Source: Lepidodermella squamata
Lineage: Eukaryota > Animalia > Gastrotricha
Length of the DNA stretch: 64,000 bases
Assembly (NCBI GenBank): GCA_047495785.1
Contig: JBLDXI010000042.1
Location: 4,092,001-4,156,000, forward strand
Reading direction: 5' to 3'
Part shown: piece by piece, positions 27,701 to 40,600 of the stretch
Layout: each line of letters starts with the position of its first letter
Position numbering within the stretch: position 1 is the first letter of the stretch
Notes under the pieces: generated by a model
Told to the model about the DNA's origin: nothing
Seen by the model: the letters and a program-made list of their open reading frames with translations, nothing else
The model's database searches: none
Made by a program: the position numbers and the translations under genes

Positions 27701-29319
27701 TCTCTGAATTACGCGCAATTTTACCAGCTTGTGTCTTACCCCCTGAGAAAAAGAAATATTTCTCGGCTAAACAGTACGAAGTAACAAAAGTAAACGGTAC
27801 CTCGGAGCCGGTTAAGAAACCTGAACCTGAGCCTGAAAAAGATGCCCTACCCGTGATTCCTGAGCCGGTTGTTGTTACGCAAGAAGAGCCACCCATTGAG
27901 CAGTTAGCGAAATTGGAGCCAGTAAAGCCGTGCGAAAATCCGACCAGTCTGGCTGATGTGAAATTCTTGTTTTTCACAACGAATAAACAACTTTTCACCC
28001 TAGCGTCGTATCTCGCCGCTGTTGGTTTTTCCGCGGTCGTAATGGCAAAATCCGGCAATTTCTCGCTCGATGCCCTGGTTCGGGCGAGAAAAGAGAAGCG
28101 AGTTTTGGTTGTTGATGAGCAGTTCACCCTTGACCAAATCGCATCTTTAGGCGCTCAACCGGGCGAGGCGATTTTACTATCAGCCCCCGACGGTCGTTTG
28201 CTGACGCAAATGCGAGCCCTGGCGGATAAATTCAAGGTGAAGAATCAGTTCATCTCGATTTTTAAGGGGGCTGGTTTCGATGCGAAACAATCAGAACCGC
28301 CTGTTCGCTTGCTGTTTTTCGGCGATACGCTCAAGTGTATTCGCGACTTCTTAGCGAAAATTCCCGCATTTTTCGACGTAATTTCAACTAATGAAGCAGC
28401 GGCTAATGCGCCAGTTAACCCGGTTGCGAGTTTAGGTGGTCCGATTGTTGTGAATCTCAAGGCAGCGGCGAATAATCGAATGGTAGCGACGGCGGGTGAT
28501 ACGATTGAAGCGGCTGTTCAAGTTGCGGCGAGGACCGAGCGAATTCTAGTGGCGGATCTCACTAACTACCCGTTTTTCTCGGCGAATCAAACGAATAACC
28601 CGCGCATTTTGTTGGCCCCAGATCGAACGCTGGACTTGGTTAGTTGGCTACATCTTGTGGTGCCGATTTTTAATTAATTTCCGGTTTTTTTATTTTTTTT
28701 TTGGGTAATTTTGACATTATCTTCACGCCACTTCAATCTAAATTTTTGAAATTTGTCTAAATTTCGAGAAAAATGCGTTGATGTAAATCGATGTAAAATA
28801 TGCCTAAAATCGGATTCAAAGGATTTTCTTTGAATTCGTGATTTCTTTTACTTTTCGGGTTTATGAAATCTGAAATCCTTATGGAAATCCCTTAATAATA
28901 TGCCAATATGCGGTTTCAACTAATTTCAGGCGAAAATGTTCTTTATTGAATTGTTTAAACTACCACAACAACTGCTACTGCCGCCCTTCCGGCCAACTCA
29001 AGTCGACAAGGTCAAATTCGTCATTCATTCGAAACAACTGGTTGATTTTGCGACGTACCTGAAGTTAGCCGGCCTTGAAGTTCGTCTCGATTCTTTGCAC
29101 AAAACTTTCGCAGACGCTTGCGCTGTTGCAAAACGTGAAAATCGCTTCCTGATTTCGATGAATACACGCGAAACTTCTAACTATTTGTGGTCGAATCCGA
29201 ACGTACTGCCCCAGAAAAGTGTTTTACTGCTGTCGGAAGAGCACGCGAAACCGATGCCGTTGATCGATTTGACAAAACGAGTCTACGATCAAGTCGCTGC
29301 TCGATTTGCTGCACCCTAA
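24761..29319 (+). CDS. EXD3/Mut-7/Nibbler-like protein A: helical N-terminus, degenerate DEDDy exonuclease, tandem Mut7-C-like repeats; exons ~24761-25089, ~25140-26517, 26578-~28638, ~28931-29319
   Basis: SNWTQRPLLPGQLKFMALEAHALLDVF matches the EXD3/WRN-type ExoIII region. Repeated F..LA.YL...G......A..E.R.L motifs follow. The 26518-26577 gtaagt...ttttag intron joins the two large ORFs. Confidence 0.75.
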
Positions 29320-29473
29320 TGATAATGACTCTATTTTTCTGTGCGACGTCATATATATGCACATTTTTTAATTTTTCTCGTTTCAAAAAAAATGAAGACG
29401 ATTTTTGTCTTTATTTTAAATAAATAAAAAAGCGCGTTACTATTTTTTCCAGCGATATTGATTGATATTTTGA

Positions 29474-32400
29474 ATGGATGAAGACTCAGCGGCTCGCTAT
29501 ACGAGTAAAACACTGCTAGAGGCGTGGGGCAAGGAGAAATTGCGGCCTAATTTCAAAGCCTCGACCAGTTCGTTGTTAGACTGGCTGTTTGATTATGCGC
29601 CAAATCCTTTCGAAGCGTTATTTGAACTGATCGAGCAAATTCAAATCGATTGCATCGATAAACCAAGCGATATAATTCAAATAATTCTGGAGTATTTCAC
29701 GACTTGGCTGAAACAGCATAGTGTGGATGGATTGATTGATCAAAAAGCGAAGGAACATTTATCTCGTTCTGAACTTCAAGTTCGAGCCATAAAATTGTTC
29801 GGCAGGTAAGCAAATTTATGGGTTTCCTAATTATTTTTAAATTGTTTTTTCCACCCTCTAGGTACTGGCCTGACCTTTTGCCCCTTCTCACATTCTGCCG
29901 AGTCGATTCTAGCAATAAAAACAAACTATTCGACGCGGTTTATTCGGTTTTTTCAATTTTATTAAATGCGAAAAAGCACGATGAAGCGATGGATGTGTTT
30001 CGCAAATTAACCGAAGATTTGCGAGGTTTAATCTCAGATCGGCACATCATTCACCTGGCACGGTATTTAACGTGTTCCGGGCTGCGAAAGGAGTCGGAGC
30101 AAATGTTTCGGCAGTGCAATGAAACGCATCGAGCTTCGATTATGAAGTACTTTGACTCGATGCTGCTATTTACTGATCGCGAATTCGAACGCGAATTTCC
30201 GTGCTGTACCAACGTGATGTGCGCGATTAAAAAAATGGAATTCGAGGAATTTATCGAACATTTACTCACATCGCTATCTTTACCAGTTTCGCTGTGCCCT
30301 TCAGTTCAAATGCGGGCTAAAATTAAATTGTTTCGTTTCATCACTGAAAAGGCGATAAATTCTCGCGATCCGACGATGGATTTGCTGAGTTTTTGCGAAA
30401 TCACAGCTGAAATGGGCGAAGGTGATAAGAATTTTCAAGAACACGTTATCCGTGTTTTGAAAACTCTAGGCCAGTTTGATTTGGCGCATTATTTCAACCG
30501 AAATTGCTTCACACATTCAAGGGATGATGACAGTGAAGATGGGAGATCGTCTTCGAAGCGATCTAAGACTACCAATGGAACGTCTAGCCGACCTCCGCCC
30601 CCACCACCTCCGCCTATAATTTCGGCTCTGAGCTACAAAAAGTCGTCGAGTCGTTCGAAAACAAGCCGATCGACATTCAGGCTTCCGATCGAGGAAAACA
30701 AAGTCGCATTTGTCAACAATGTCGATCAATTCAAGTCAGGTAAATTTTATTTCAAATATTTTACGAAAAATAAGAAAATTGCTGAATTTTTTTATTTCCT
30801 TTTACATTAAAAAAAATATATTTTTGATCGTATTTTGCTTACAGTTATGGATAAGTTGGCTACTTGTCCCCTGATGGCATTTCGTCTATTTTGGCGGCGG
30901 CAGATTCCCGCTTTTCTTGATAAGAGAAAACGCGGAATCGCTCTATCAATTTTGGCCATCGCTATTCCAAGCAATGTTTATCTCATTGATCTAACCCGGC
31001 TACCTCAATTGCTAGAAGCTGAAAAGCGCGGAAATATCCTGTTTTGGCTGCGCGATATACTCGAGGCTGAAAAAACTATTCGCCTAGTTTTCCGACCGAA
31101 TGAGGATATCAAAACGTTGCAGCGTGAATTCGGTGGTTCTAGTAAAAATTTCACCATGAGTTCTCTGCGTGATTTGGCCGGCTTTGTCGATCCAAAGCGA
31201 AGACGGCGAAATTCCCTATCATCGCTGACTAGGCGATGGCTAAATTACAATTTACCGGTGGAATTTCGATTCACAAATTGGCTTCGAAGGCCCTTGTCTC
31301 GGGATCAAATCAAATTTGCGGCTACTGAGACGTACGCTTTGTTGGAAGTCTATCAAAAAATGGCGAAATACTGCTCAAATAATGGGGTTTGTATAAATCT
31401 TCGTAAAAATCGAATTTTCGAAAATCGAAATTTTTAAGGTGGATTTTGCTAGTCTTCGCCGGCTAACTTTGAAAGCTAGTGATGAAGACGGCTTAAGCGA
31501 TGCTTTGATTGATGAAGATGACGGCGAAAGTTCTGATTCGGATTCGGAAAACAACTACGATCTATTTCCACAAGACCGAAATTCTCATGCGAGAAATGGC
31601 CATGAAAAATGCGACGATCGGCCTGTCATTTCGTCTTCCATGTCAGCTAATCCTTATATGAGTTTGACCAGTAGTGTCCCGGTTTCTGCTGCTACTACGA
31701 AATTTACGGTTACTTGCAATTCTCTTCCTTTAACTTCTGCCTCTTCTGTTAATCATTCCTCGAATCTCATGTGCCTTGATTCTGGGCCGCAATTCTTGTC
31801 TGATGAATTTGAACCTCTGCAACCGATTTTCAACGAAATTTCTTATAAAGACGAGTTGCATTCGTTGAAAAAGTCTATCTCTAACCCTCTTGCCTTGAAC
31901 AAATCTTCCGTTGAACACAACTCGTCTTCCTCCCCGCCTCGCGCCAAAGTTTCGCCGAAGAAATGGAGAATGGAAGATGTTTTCTTCATTGTAAGCTACG
32001 AATTCTGCGAACTTGCGCTGGAGCTAGTTCGAATCGGTTTCACGACTCAGTTACTATCTCGTAAAGACAGCTGCGACTTCGAATCTGTTTCGAGAGCCTC
32101 TGTCGCGAAAGGATCCGTCCGACGGGTGGTACTGGGCAAAAGCGATCTGATTGAATCGATAAAATCGAAAAGAGGCAGTGACTTCGAAGGCGTCTTGGTT
32201 CTGGCTCAATCTTTTGAAGATACCGGCACTGCAGTTACGCAAATTCTTCAAAAACTTGATTTTGACTCGATTGCGATTCAGGCAAAACTTGCCAGGGCGC
32301 CGAGATATCCAAGCCCGGGTGATCTGCCGCTGGTGGTTTTTCACCCCCGGGAATTTTTCCCTCGAGCTCTGCGAGAAAGAATTCGGCCCAAAATTTACAT

Positions 32401-33949
32401 TTGCCCCACTCCGTTGGGTGAAAATATTTCAGATGAACAGGTAAAACTTCAGGAAATTAGCTGTAATTGAATGTTAAAATTTATGTTGATAGCTTGCATC
32501 GCTGGCTGGTTTGAATAATTATCGAACGAATCGCGTTTTGATGACTGACAGCGAGTTTGGCGAGCGATTGAAGCAAAAATATGGCTCAACCCTTCGAATT
32601 TTGATTGTCCCGAAAATGTATTTATCGCCGCGAGATTTGGACAAATTAGCCGCTGTTATCGTCGATCAAGTGAAGGAATTTTCGAGAGAAAATCGCCGGC
32701 CAGTATCAGCCTCATCCTCTAATTCGAGCAATGAGCAAAACAAAAAATTGAGCCCGAAACCGGTGATTGAACCTCAGCAGAAAATTGAACCGATTATTGT
32801 TACGAAATCTCCCTTGATTAAATTTTCGCTTCTCTGCGCTATGGATCAAACCATCAGTCAATTCGGCGAATATTTGGAAATTCTCGGCTTCTCCTGCTCA
32901 CGCGTTCCGACTGGGTCGATAACTTTCCAACGAGCGCTAGATATGAGTCGAGTTGGCAAGAAACTACTTATTGCCTCTGAAAGTTTTGCCGGAGATTCTT
33001 CGAATGATGAAAGTTTTGTTTGCGTGAGAAATGGCGATAGTTTTCTCTCGGCCATCAACGCGATTGGCAGCCATTTCAACTGCATAGAACTCGTCGATGC
33101 TCGGCTGAGTTCCTTGAAAGCCAAACTTGAAACGATGCCTTACAAAGTTTTGGTCTATGGAAGCAATTATCGCGGCGTTTATGATTTTCTGGCCCAAGTT
33201 ACATCGTTCATTTCGCCGATTTTCTACGATTCTGCTCAATCTTCGTTTGAGAAAGTGGTGGAAGTTGCGGCTCAAGAGAATCGAATATTGCTCGCAGATG
33301 CGAAGTTGATCGCGACGAAATCTCTGTCTCAAATTTCCTACATATCGCTGGTACCCGACTCAGTCATTGAGGAGGTGAGTCGAATATTGTTTTCACAGAA
33401 ATTTAAGAAAAAATGAAAAATTATCGAAAATCCTTAATTGAAAAATATTTTAATTGATTTAAAGTTGAAAAATGTTGAGTTCTGAATTGAAAAATTGTTT
33501 GAAACTAATGGTTTTTTCTTGTATTTTTTCAGGCAAAATTCATTTTCCATCTCCTCGGTATCGATCAGTTCGCTTTGATTCCGGAAAATTTACGGCAAAT
33601 GGTTCGAGAAACGCGATTTATCATTCACGCTAGCGAGGCCTTGAAACTCGGCTGTTTTCTGGAAATGGCCGGTGCTGCTTCGGTAAACACCGATTTAACC
33701 TCACTGCCCTTCGATGAAGTGTGCGCCGTGGCGAAAAATGAAGAAAACTGCGTAATTCTTGCCAAGAAAACCGAAACTAACCGCTTGTTCCTGTCAACGT
33801 GCCTGGCTAATAGCTGTCACCTAGTCTCACCCGATCAAGTCATTCTGCTTCCATTACCGAGTCTTACTAGTGAATTGCTGAAAGTTATTTTCGATAAACT
33901 CAACGAGTTGCTGGTCAAACTACCGCCGGTCAAGCTGGAATGTGTTTGA
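29474..33949 (+). CDS. EXD3/Mut-7/Nibbler-like protein B, tandem paralogue of A
   Basis: Colinear similarity to A (LLDWLFDYAPNPF, ELQVRAIKLFGR, FRLFWRR, TNWLRRPLSRDQIKFAATETYALLEVY, FIVSYEFCELALEL), with shared intron positions. Confidence 0.75.
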
Positions 33950-34182
33950 GTTTTATGAACTATTTTTTTCCTTTCGAATTTGAGCGTTGTAGCTATCCAT
34001 GACAGATATTTTTGCCGTTTCTTTTTCTGTTTTAATATCTGTCGATAAATTTGTTTGAATAAAATTGAGCGAAAATATCGCGATATAATAGGCTAAAATC
34101 CCTCCTTAATAACTCATCTCTCCACCTTTCAACCCAATATTTTGAAATTTATTTATTACTTGATGTATTAAATAGATTTTTA

Positions 34183-37100
34183 ATGGGTTGGTCCAATAAT
34201 CGATATATTCTATTGGCAGCAGGCGATTTTGTCCTAACCGCAATCTTCTATTATTTCTATCGGAAGAAACGGCATTTATGGCACGCCGTAAAATCAGCCA
34301 TTTTCATATCAAATTCTACCGATCGCGAAGAATTGGCGAAGTTGTTGTATTGTGACCCGAAAAATGCTTCGCCAGCCCCGATATACGTTGCTGTGGAGGG
34401 TATCATCGAACCGACCCCGCCGACTAGAAAAGGCGAACAGGCCCAGGTTCTGGGTAGCCAATACCGACCCGAATCCACCCTAAGAGGCGTCTATCGGTTA
34501 CTTACAGTCGAAGAGCGGCATTTGAAACGATCGGCTGGTAACTGGTACGAGACAACAAATACGATCAGTGAAGATGTCAGCCACGTCCCGGCTTGCCTGG
34601 TCGTCAATTTAGCCGGTCCTCACCATACTGATTCGCTTCAGTCACCCACGGGTTTCAACGTCCAATCTGTCCTATCGCCTTATTCTTGGATATCAGGGGC
34701 GAAAATCGTGTATAAAGGCACAGAAAATATTGTCAAAGGCAGTTATAATCTCATAACAGGGTCAAGTAATGAACAAAGACAACCTAGTGATATTGAAATT
34801 TCTGCGTCTTCCCTACCGTCTAACAAACTTCAATTCTCGCTACCACCTCTCAACCTGGCCGACCAATCGATTTTGCAGGGAAATTGTTTGACCCAGGTGC
34901 ATTCAGAGCTAGAAGATAAGAATCGAAGTGTGATTGAATCGATTGGACAAATCGTTTTTGGTAACGTAGTTTTGGGTACTATTCGTCGCGAAAGCTTGCT
35001 GCTATGCGGCTCTCCTGTCTACGTTTTCGCGAACCTCGAACCCGCCAAATTGACTGGTGCCGGGAAAAACCCGGTTTCAACCGGTTTTTACCGGTTATCA
35101 ATTTTCTCTCGTGGCGGCGATTCCGTGCCATTCATCGTGACTTGTTCATCGCCAAAACAATTGGCCAGCGATTTGAAAACACCGGTCGTCGTCCTCGGCG
35201 TGTTGTCGTTCATCGGGTTTGCTGGGTTGGTCGCTCTTGCGGCGAAATGGTGGTGGGATCAGCGGGAAAGTCGCATGGTCAGCCAACGAGCTAGGCAACT
35301 TCGAGACGATGCGTTGGATCGGCGGCGCAATAAACTGACAGAGGCTGGGCAGGACACGGATACTTCGTCTTTTGATGGTACGTTCAGATTCGATTTGTTT
35401 CCTTGGTAACATGATTGCCTAATCTATAAAAAATGGTATCTATGAAAAACGATGGATATGCAATGGTAGAAGGCAAATATCCATTACTGTAGCGTTGAAC
35501 TTTTTTGAAAAACTGTTCGATTTCTTCCGCAAGACTTACTGATTGAAGTTTCCCTCAGCAAAATATAAGTGCAGTGAATTATGAAATGAAAATGATTTTA
35601 TTGTATCACTTCCCCGCGACTGAGCGTCTATACCCTTTCGGGTTTTGAGGAAGGCGAAGGCAAGGCAAACCAAAAGAATCAGTCACCCGCTGCCGGGAAG
35701 AATTGACAGTAGCGTACCCAAAGGCCGAAGCCGATCTTGAGTCAACCATCAAAACTGAACCTGTTGAGCCAGTTAACCGAATTTCCGGCGCAGGGTGCCG
35801 CAAAGCTGGTCGCTGACCCATCGGAAGCGAACCCGCCCCAAACAGTTCGCTGAGGAAGAAGCGCAGCGGAGATCGACTATCCGGGACGGATAATCCCGAC
35901 AGTGCCGAATCAATTCGCCGAAGTATCCACCAAGCTCAAGCGCTCCGTGAAAGCATTTGAATGCCAAGTTACCGAGCCGTTCGAATTCAGGGAAAACTGC
36001 CTCAAGTCGCATCCGGGCACCCTCGTCGACAACCTAGGATCACAAGGTGCCGCTCAAGGTTAATCAAGCGCTGCAGAAATTGCGGCTTCGTGTTAATGAA
36101 AGCCGGTGAACCGAATTCCATTAAGGGGCGAATGATCGTCCTGCAAAACAACATACCTAAACGCGGATTTAACTTTACCGCGAAACAGCGAGTAAATACG
36201 AGGCAAAGCGCGACCAGTAACATGCGTAATGTGAGATGCCCACACCAAGTGCTTTGAAAGCCACACGCCTAAGTACTTGAACTCTTGTGCCCGCGGAAGC
36301 GGAAGCCCACCAATCAACAGATTGCCAGCGTGAGTATCGGCCTTAGCACCAAATGCAATCCATTCACATTTTCGCGGATTCAAATCTAATCGCCATCGCT
36401 GCTACCAACGCTCAGTAACACGCAATGCTGCCTGTAAACGCACAGTAACTACTCCGGTTGCCCAAACGGCCTGATCGTCCGCATAGGCTGCCATCGCAGT
36501 TCGTACAAGCGCATCGTCATGCCTTACTTCAGAAGGAAAAGAAGTCGCAGTAAAGATTACAAATATAATAGGAGACAGAGGGCTACCTTGAGGAACACCA
36601 CACAGACAATGAAAAGGATCACTAACATCGTCATCGACCTTAACTCGACACCGACGGCCGCGTAGAAAATCAGACACCCAGGGAAGGCTGATACACTTGA
36701 GCGCTATACGCAAGCCGTTGTGCCAGACGCTATCATACGCGGCGCGGTTGTCAAGAAAACCTCACACGATCGATCAATCGAATCCCAAAATTCTCTATCG
36801 CCAGAATGCGGAGAGTTCACACTTCGGCACAACCGGCAATCAACTGCCCCGTTCGAGTTTGAATGGACGACCGCTCATTATTTCCTAGCATAGAATTCTG
36901 ACTAGACGGAAGTGACTTGGGTCGTGATACAATTCAAAATTAAATCTTCGTAAATTCCATCTAGTTATTTCAAAAATAATCTTCATAAAAAAATAGCCCT
37001 TCGATTTCCGATTTCTAGCAATCGAATAAATTTTGTCGACCAGGCGTAAATTAGGAAATATAATCTCGATTGCTTCAAGAGATAGAATCCCCGATGATTA

Positions 37101-37325
37101 AGCTCTATGAAATTATTTTGAAATTTTTTGAAATTATTGTTTTCTGCTTTTTGATCAGTTGATTCAATGTGCGTCGTGTGCTTGGATGCTCGACGTGACA
37201 TCTGCCTGCTGCCCTGCGGTCACGTCTGCATTTGTTCCACCTGTTACGGCCGCCTTCCTCTCCCCGCCCAGTGCCCGTTATGCCGCGGCCTGATCAACGA
37301 CACGGCGCCTTTGTTCTTCTCCTAG
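34183..37325 (+). CDS. MUL1: Mitochondrial E3 ubiquitin ligase MUL1/MAPL-like; exons 34183-35377 and 37159-37325
   Basis: N-terminal TM, GIDE-like region (YVAVEG...), second TM. The spliced last exon encodes the RING CVVCLDARRDICLLPCGHVCICSTC...CPLCR, and the phase-1 GT-AG intron is consistent. Confidence 0.85.
35580..36760 (-). mobile_element. Degenerate 5'-truncated non-LTR retrotransposon (LINE) in the MUL1 intron
   Basis: RT motifs GVPQGSPLSP, AYADD and FKYLGV lie in broken ORFs. The 3' end has AATAAA and a short (tttca)-type tail near 35580-35605. Confidence 0.85.
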
Positions 37326-37646
37326 ACGAAAACAAAATACTTATTACAACTAGCTGTCAATAGCAGCCTGCCAAAAAATGACTGCCGGCTATAAAAGAGA
37401 TACATTATTTTTCATGTGTTTTTTGCGTGTGACCGCTGATTATTTAAAAGCCGCTAAATTTGATCGCGAAATGACAATCGATTTTTTGCGTCTCGCTTGA
37501 GTGATTACGCCGCCTAAATATAAAAAACAGATGATGAAAAAAACGACTTGTTGTGCTATGTACATGATGCGATTTTTTATATCTGTAGAGAAATGAGGTC
37601 TTGTTCCAGATTTATTGAATGATATCATCCGGTTTGTAACAGAAAA

Positions 37647-40600
37647 ATGGCAAAAACTCCCAATTCAACAGCGAAGCAATATGCTTTCGGCGGCTTATCG
37701 TCGATGGTTGCCGAGTTTTCAGTATTCCCTATCGACACTTCGAAAACCCGGCTTCAAATTCAGGGCCAAACCGGGTGTAAAACCCTGGCCAGTCGGACAA
37801 AATACAACGGAATGTTTCATACTATGGTAACAATCGCGAAAGAAGAGGGTGTTTCAAAATTATACGGCGGCATATCGCCCGCGTTATTCCGGCAAGCGAC
37901 CTATGGCAGTATTCGAATTGGCATGTATTACCAGTTGAAGGCAATTTTCACATCGGCTGATCATGGCCGGGAGTCTTTTGTGAAAAATATCGCCGCAGGG
38001 TGTCTAGCCGGGTCTGCTGCGTCTGCAATCTGCAACCCGACTGATGTTTTGAAGGTTCGACTGCAAGCTCGGACTTCGAGTGCTTCGCTAGAAGCGCTGT
38101 CTTTGCCGCGGTGTTTCGCGCTAGTCTTTCGAGAGGAGGGCGTCAAAGGCATGTGGCGAGGGGTTCTGCCGAATGCTGGTCGAGCCGCCATAGTCGCTGG
38201 GGTGGAACTGCCGGTGTACGATTTGACGAAGAAGCTGCTATTATCTCCCCATATCGGCTTGTCAGATGGCAAAAGTGAGTTTATAAAAGTGAAATTTATA
38301 TAAAATGTATGATTATTATTTTCAACCTAAAATGACCACTTTTGACAAGTTAGCTTTGTCATACTTTCTTCCGTCCTAGGTTAAAGTTTGCTCGTAAAGT
38401 GTGTTTTGAGCCTCGTTGTAGGTACCTACAATCTCATATTATTTCTATAATACCGTCGATTTAAACAACAACTGCGCTTGATATTTTTGTTCTTTGCGCT
38501 CGGTTTTCAATATTAAGAAGAACCATGATACTGCTGAGATATCGCGGATTCTCTCACGCCAAAGTCTCACACAACCGTCAAGTGAACGCGTGAATTTGAA
38601 AGCAAATGCTGGCCTGGTTTGGCATTGAAAAATAATTTGTTATTTGAGCAGCTGAAAATTGTTTAGCGCTCTCCATCAGCCGGGAATTTCCCACCACACA
38701 GGACGAACTAGCGCCGATCATCCCACTCAATTAAGCATTCTCAGCCGTTCCGCGTAGAGTTGACATCAGCGCAGGGCACGACAGATAAAAGCTGAGACAA
38801 TATTGATAGTTCTTTAACCATCTACGGCCGAGCAGCTGCCGGTCCTGCTTGACGATAATTCCACCTTTTTATTTAATTCAGCATTCGCACGCTACAAAGT
38901 GTTGCCGTGAAATGCGTCGCTGGCGTGTAGCGATGATAACTTGAAAGTGTCAACCACCAATTCAATTACGAATAATGCTGATTATAATATTATAAGAATC
39001 GGAATTGTTTTCGCTTACCGGTAACAAACGTGCAAAATGTCAGAGCGTGTCATTTTCTAATGAATGATTTGTTGAATCGTGACTTCACCATTTCTCAAAG
39101 TGAAGAACAGACATTATTCATAAATTTGGTAATTTATTTGGAATTTTGGATTAATTTTTGAATTCTTTATATTTTTGAATTTCGATAATTCTTTAATTCT
39201 GTCTAAAATAATTGGAAATTAGGATAAAAAAGCTTCATAATCGTAGAAACCCTCCAGTCTCAGCATCAGTTTCGATATTCGAGGAAACTCATACCTGGCT
39301 ATATCAATTTGCAGTTTTTTAACTCGGTTTTGAATTTTGATGTTGAGTTCTCCGCGCACGATTCGGCCATCGCCACTTTGTTGGATGCTGAATCTCGTTC
39401 CAATTCTTATTTTGCAAATCACTGATATAGAAGAAATACTAGTGTAATAATATCATGCTTAGCTCAATTCCGGGCCCCCTTAGTTTCGCTTTTGCGAGCC
39501 CCGAGTCGCAATTTTCAACTTGGGGTTTATTGATGCGCATTGTACGCACCCAGGCTGGCCTATTCTCGGGCTATCCAACGGTACCTCACTCGCGGGGTCT
39601 TTACCGTTATCATCTTTTCATTGATTTTTGGTAGACCAAAATCACTCCATTTTGGCGCATCAAAATGACCCCACCGTGTAAGGTCAACCCAGTTGGCGGT
39701 ACTATGAAAAACGATTATTTATATGCAGTGGAAATCGTGTAGTTTATTGTTCTTACATCCTCAAAATTTGTGGTTTCAGTCTGGTATTTTAAGCGGATAT
39801 TCTGAACCCATCACCTTATTATTGAATATTATTGAATCGGGCAAATGCGAGCAAAATTAATTGCGGGTAGGCTTATCAGCTTCAGCTACGTAGCACGTGC
39901 ACAAGCCGTAGCCGGTGCCTTCCTCCAAGGAGTGGAATTCAACCATAGGCAAATTCTTGGCCTGGCAGACGACCTTGCAGAACCGCTCGCCGCCTGTTAC
40001 GTTCTCTTCATGGTACAATTCGGGGTTGTAGTTGTAGCAGGAGCACATCTCGAGGAATTCGTGGTATTTAGACCAATACTTGGGATAATTCAAAGAGTGC
40101 ATAATTTCCCCGCATTTCGGTTCGCATTCGTCGGCATTCGTGGCGTCGATGAGTTCCTGGAAACTGTTACTGGGAGTCACGATGGTGGCAGCGGCACAGG
40201 CAACGGCCATGGCGAAGCAAATCAGACGAGCAGCCATTGTGGGGATTTGAATGATAAGATCGAATTTTATGAAAGTGTAGTTTTCTGAGAAACTTCGGAA
40301 TTATTTATAACCATGCCATGAAAAAAACAAGTCGTGGGTGGTTAAAGAAGTATCAATATTGTCTCAGCCCTCTATCGTGCCCTGGGCTGGTGTTAACTCT
40401 ACACGAAACGGCTGATAACACTTCACTGGGTGGGTTGATCGGCGCATTTCGACTAGTGCGATTTTCTATGCTAGCACGGTAAAAACATGAGTTCAGCTGC
40501 TCGACTAGTAAATTCTTTTTTTTATCTTATGAGCCACGTGATGCTTTCCAGGTCAAAATTTTTTCAAATAAATGAACATTGCATGAAATTTGTGAGATCG

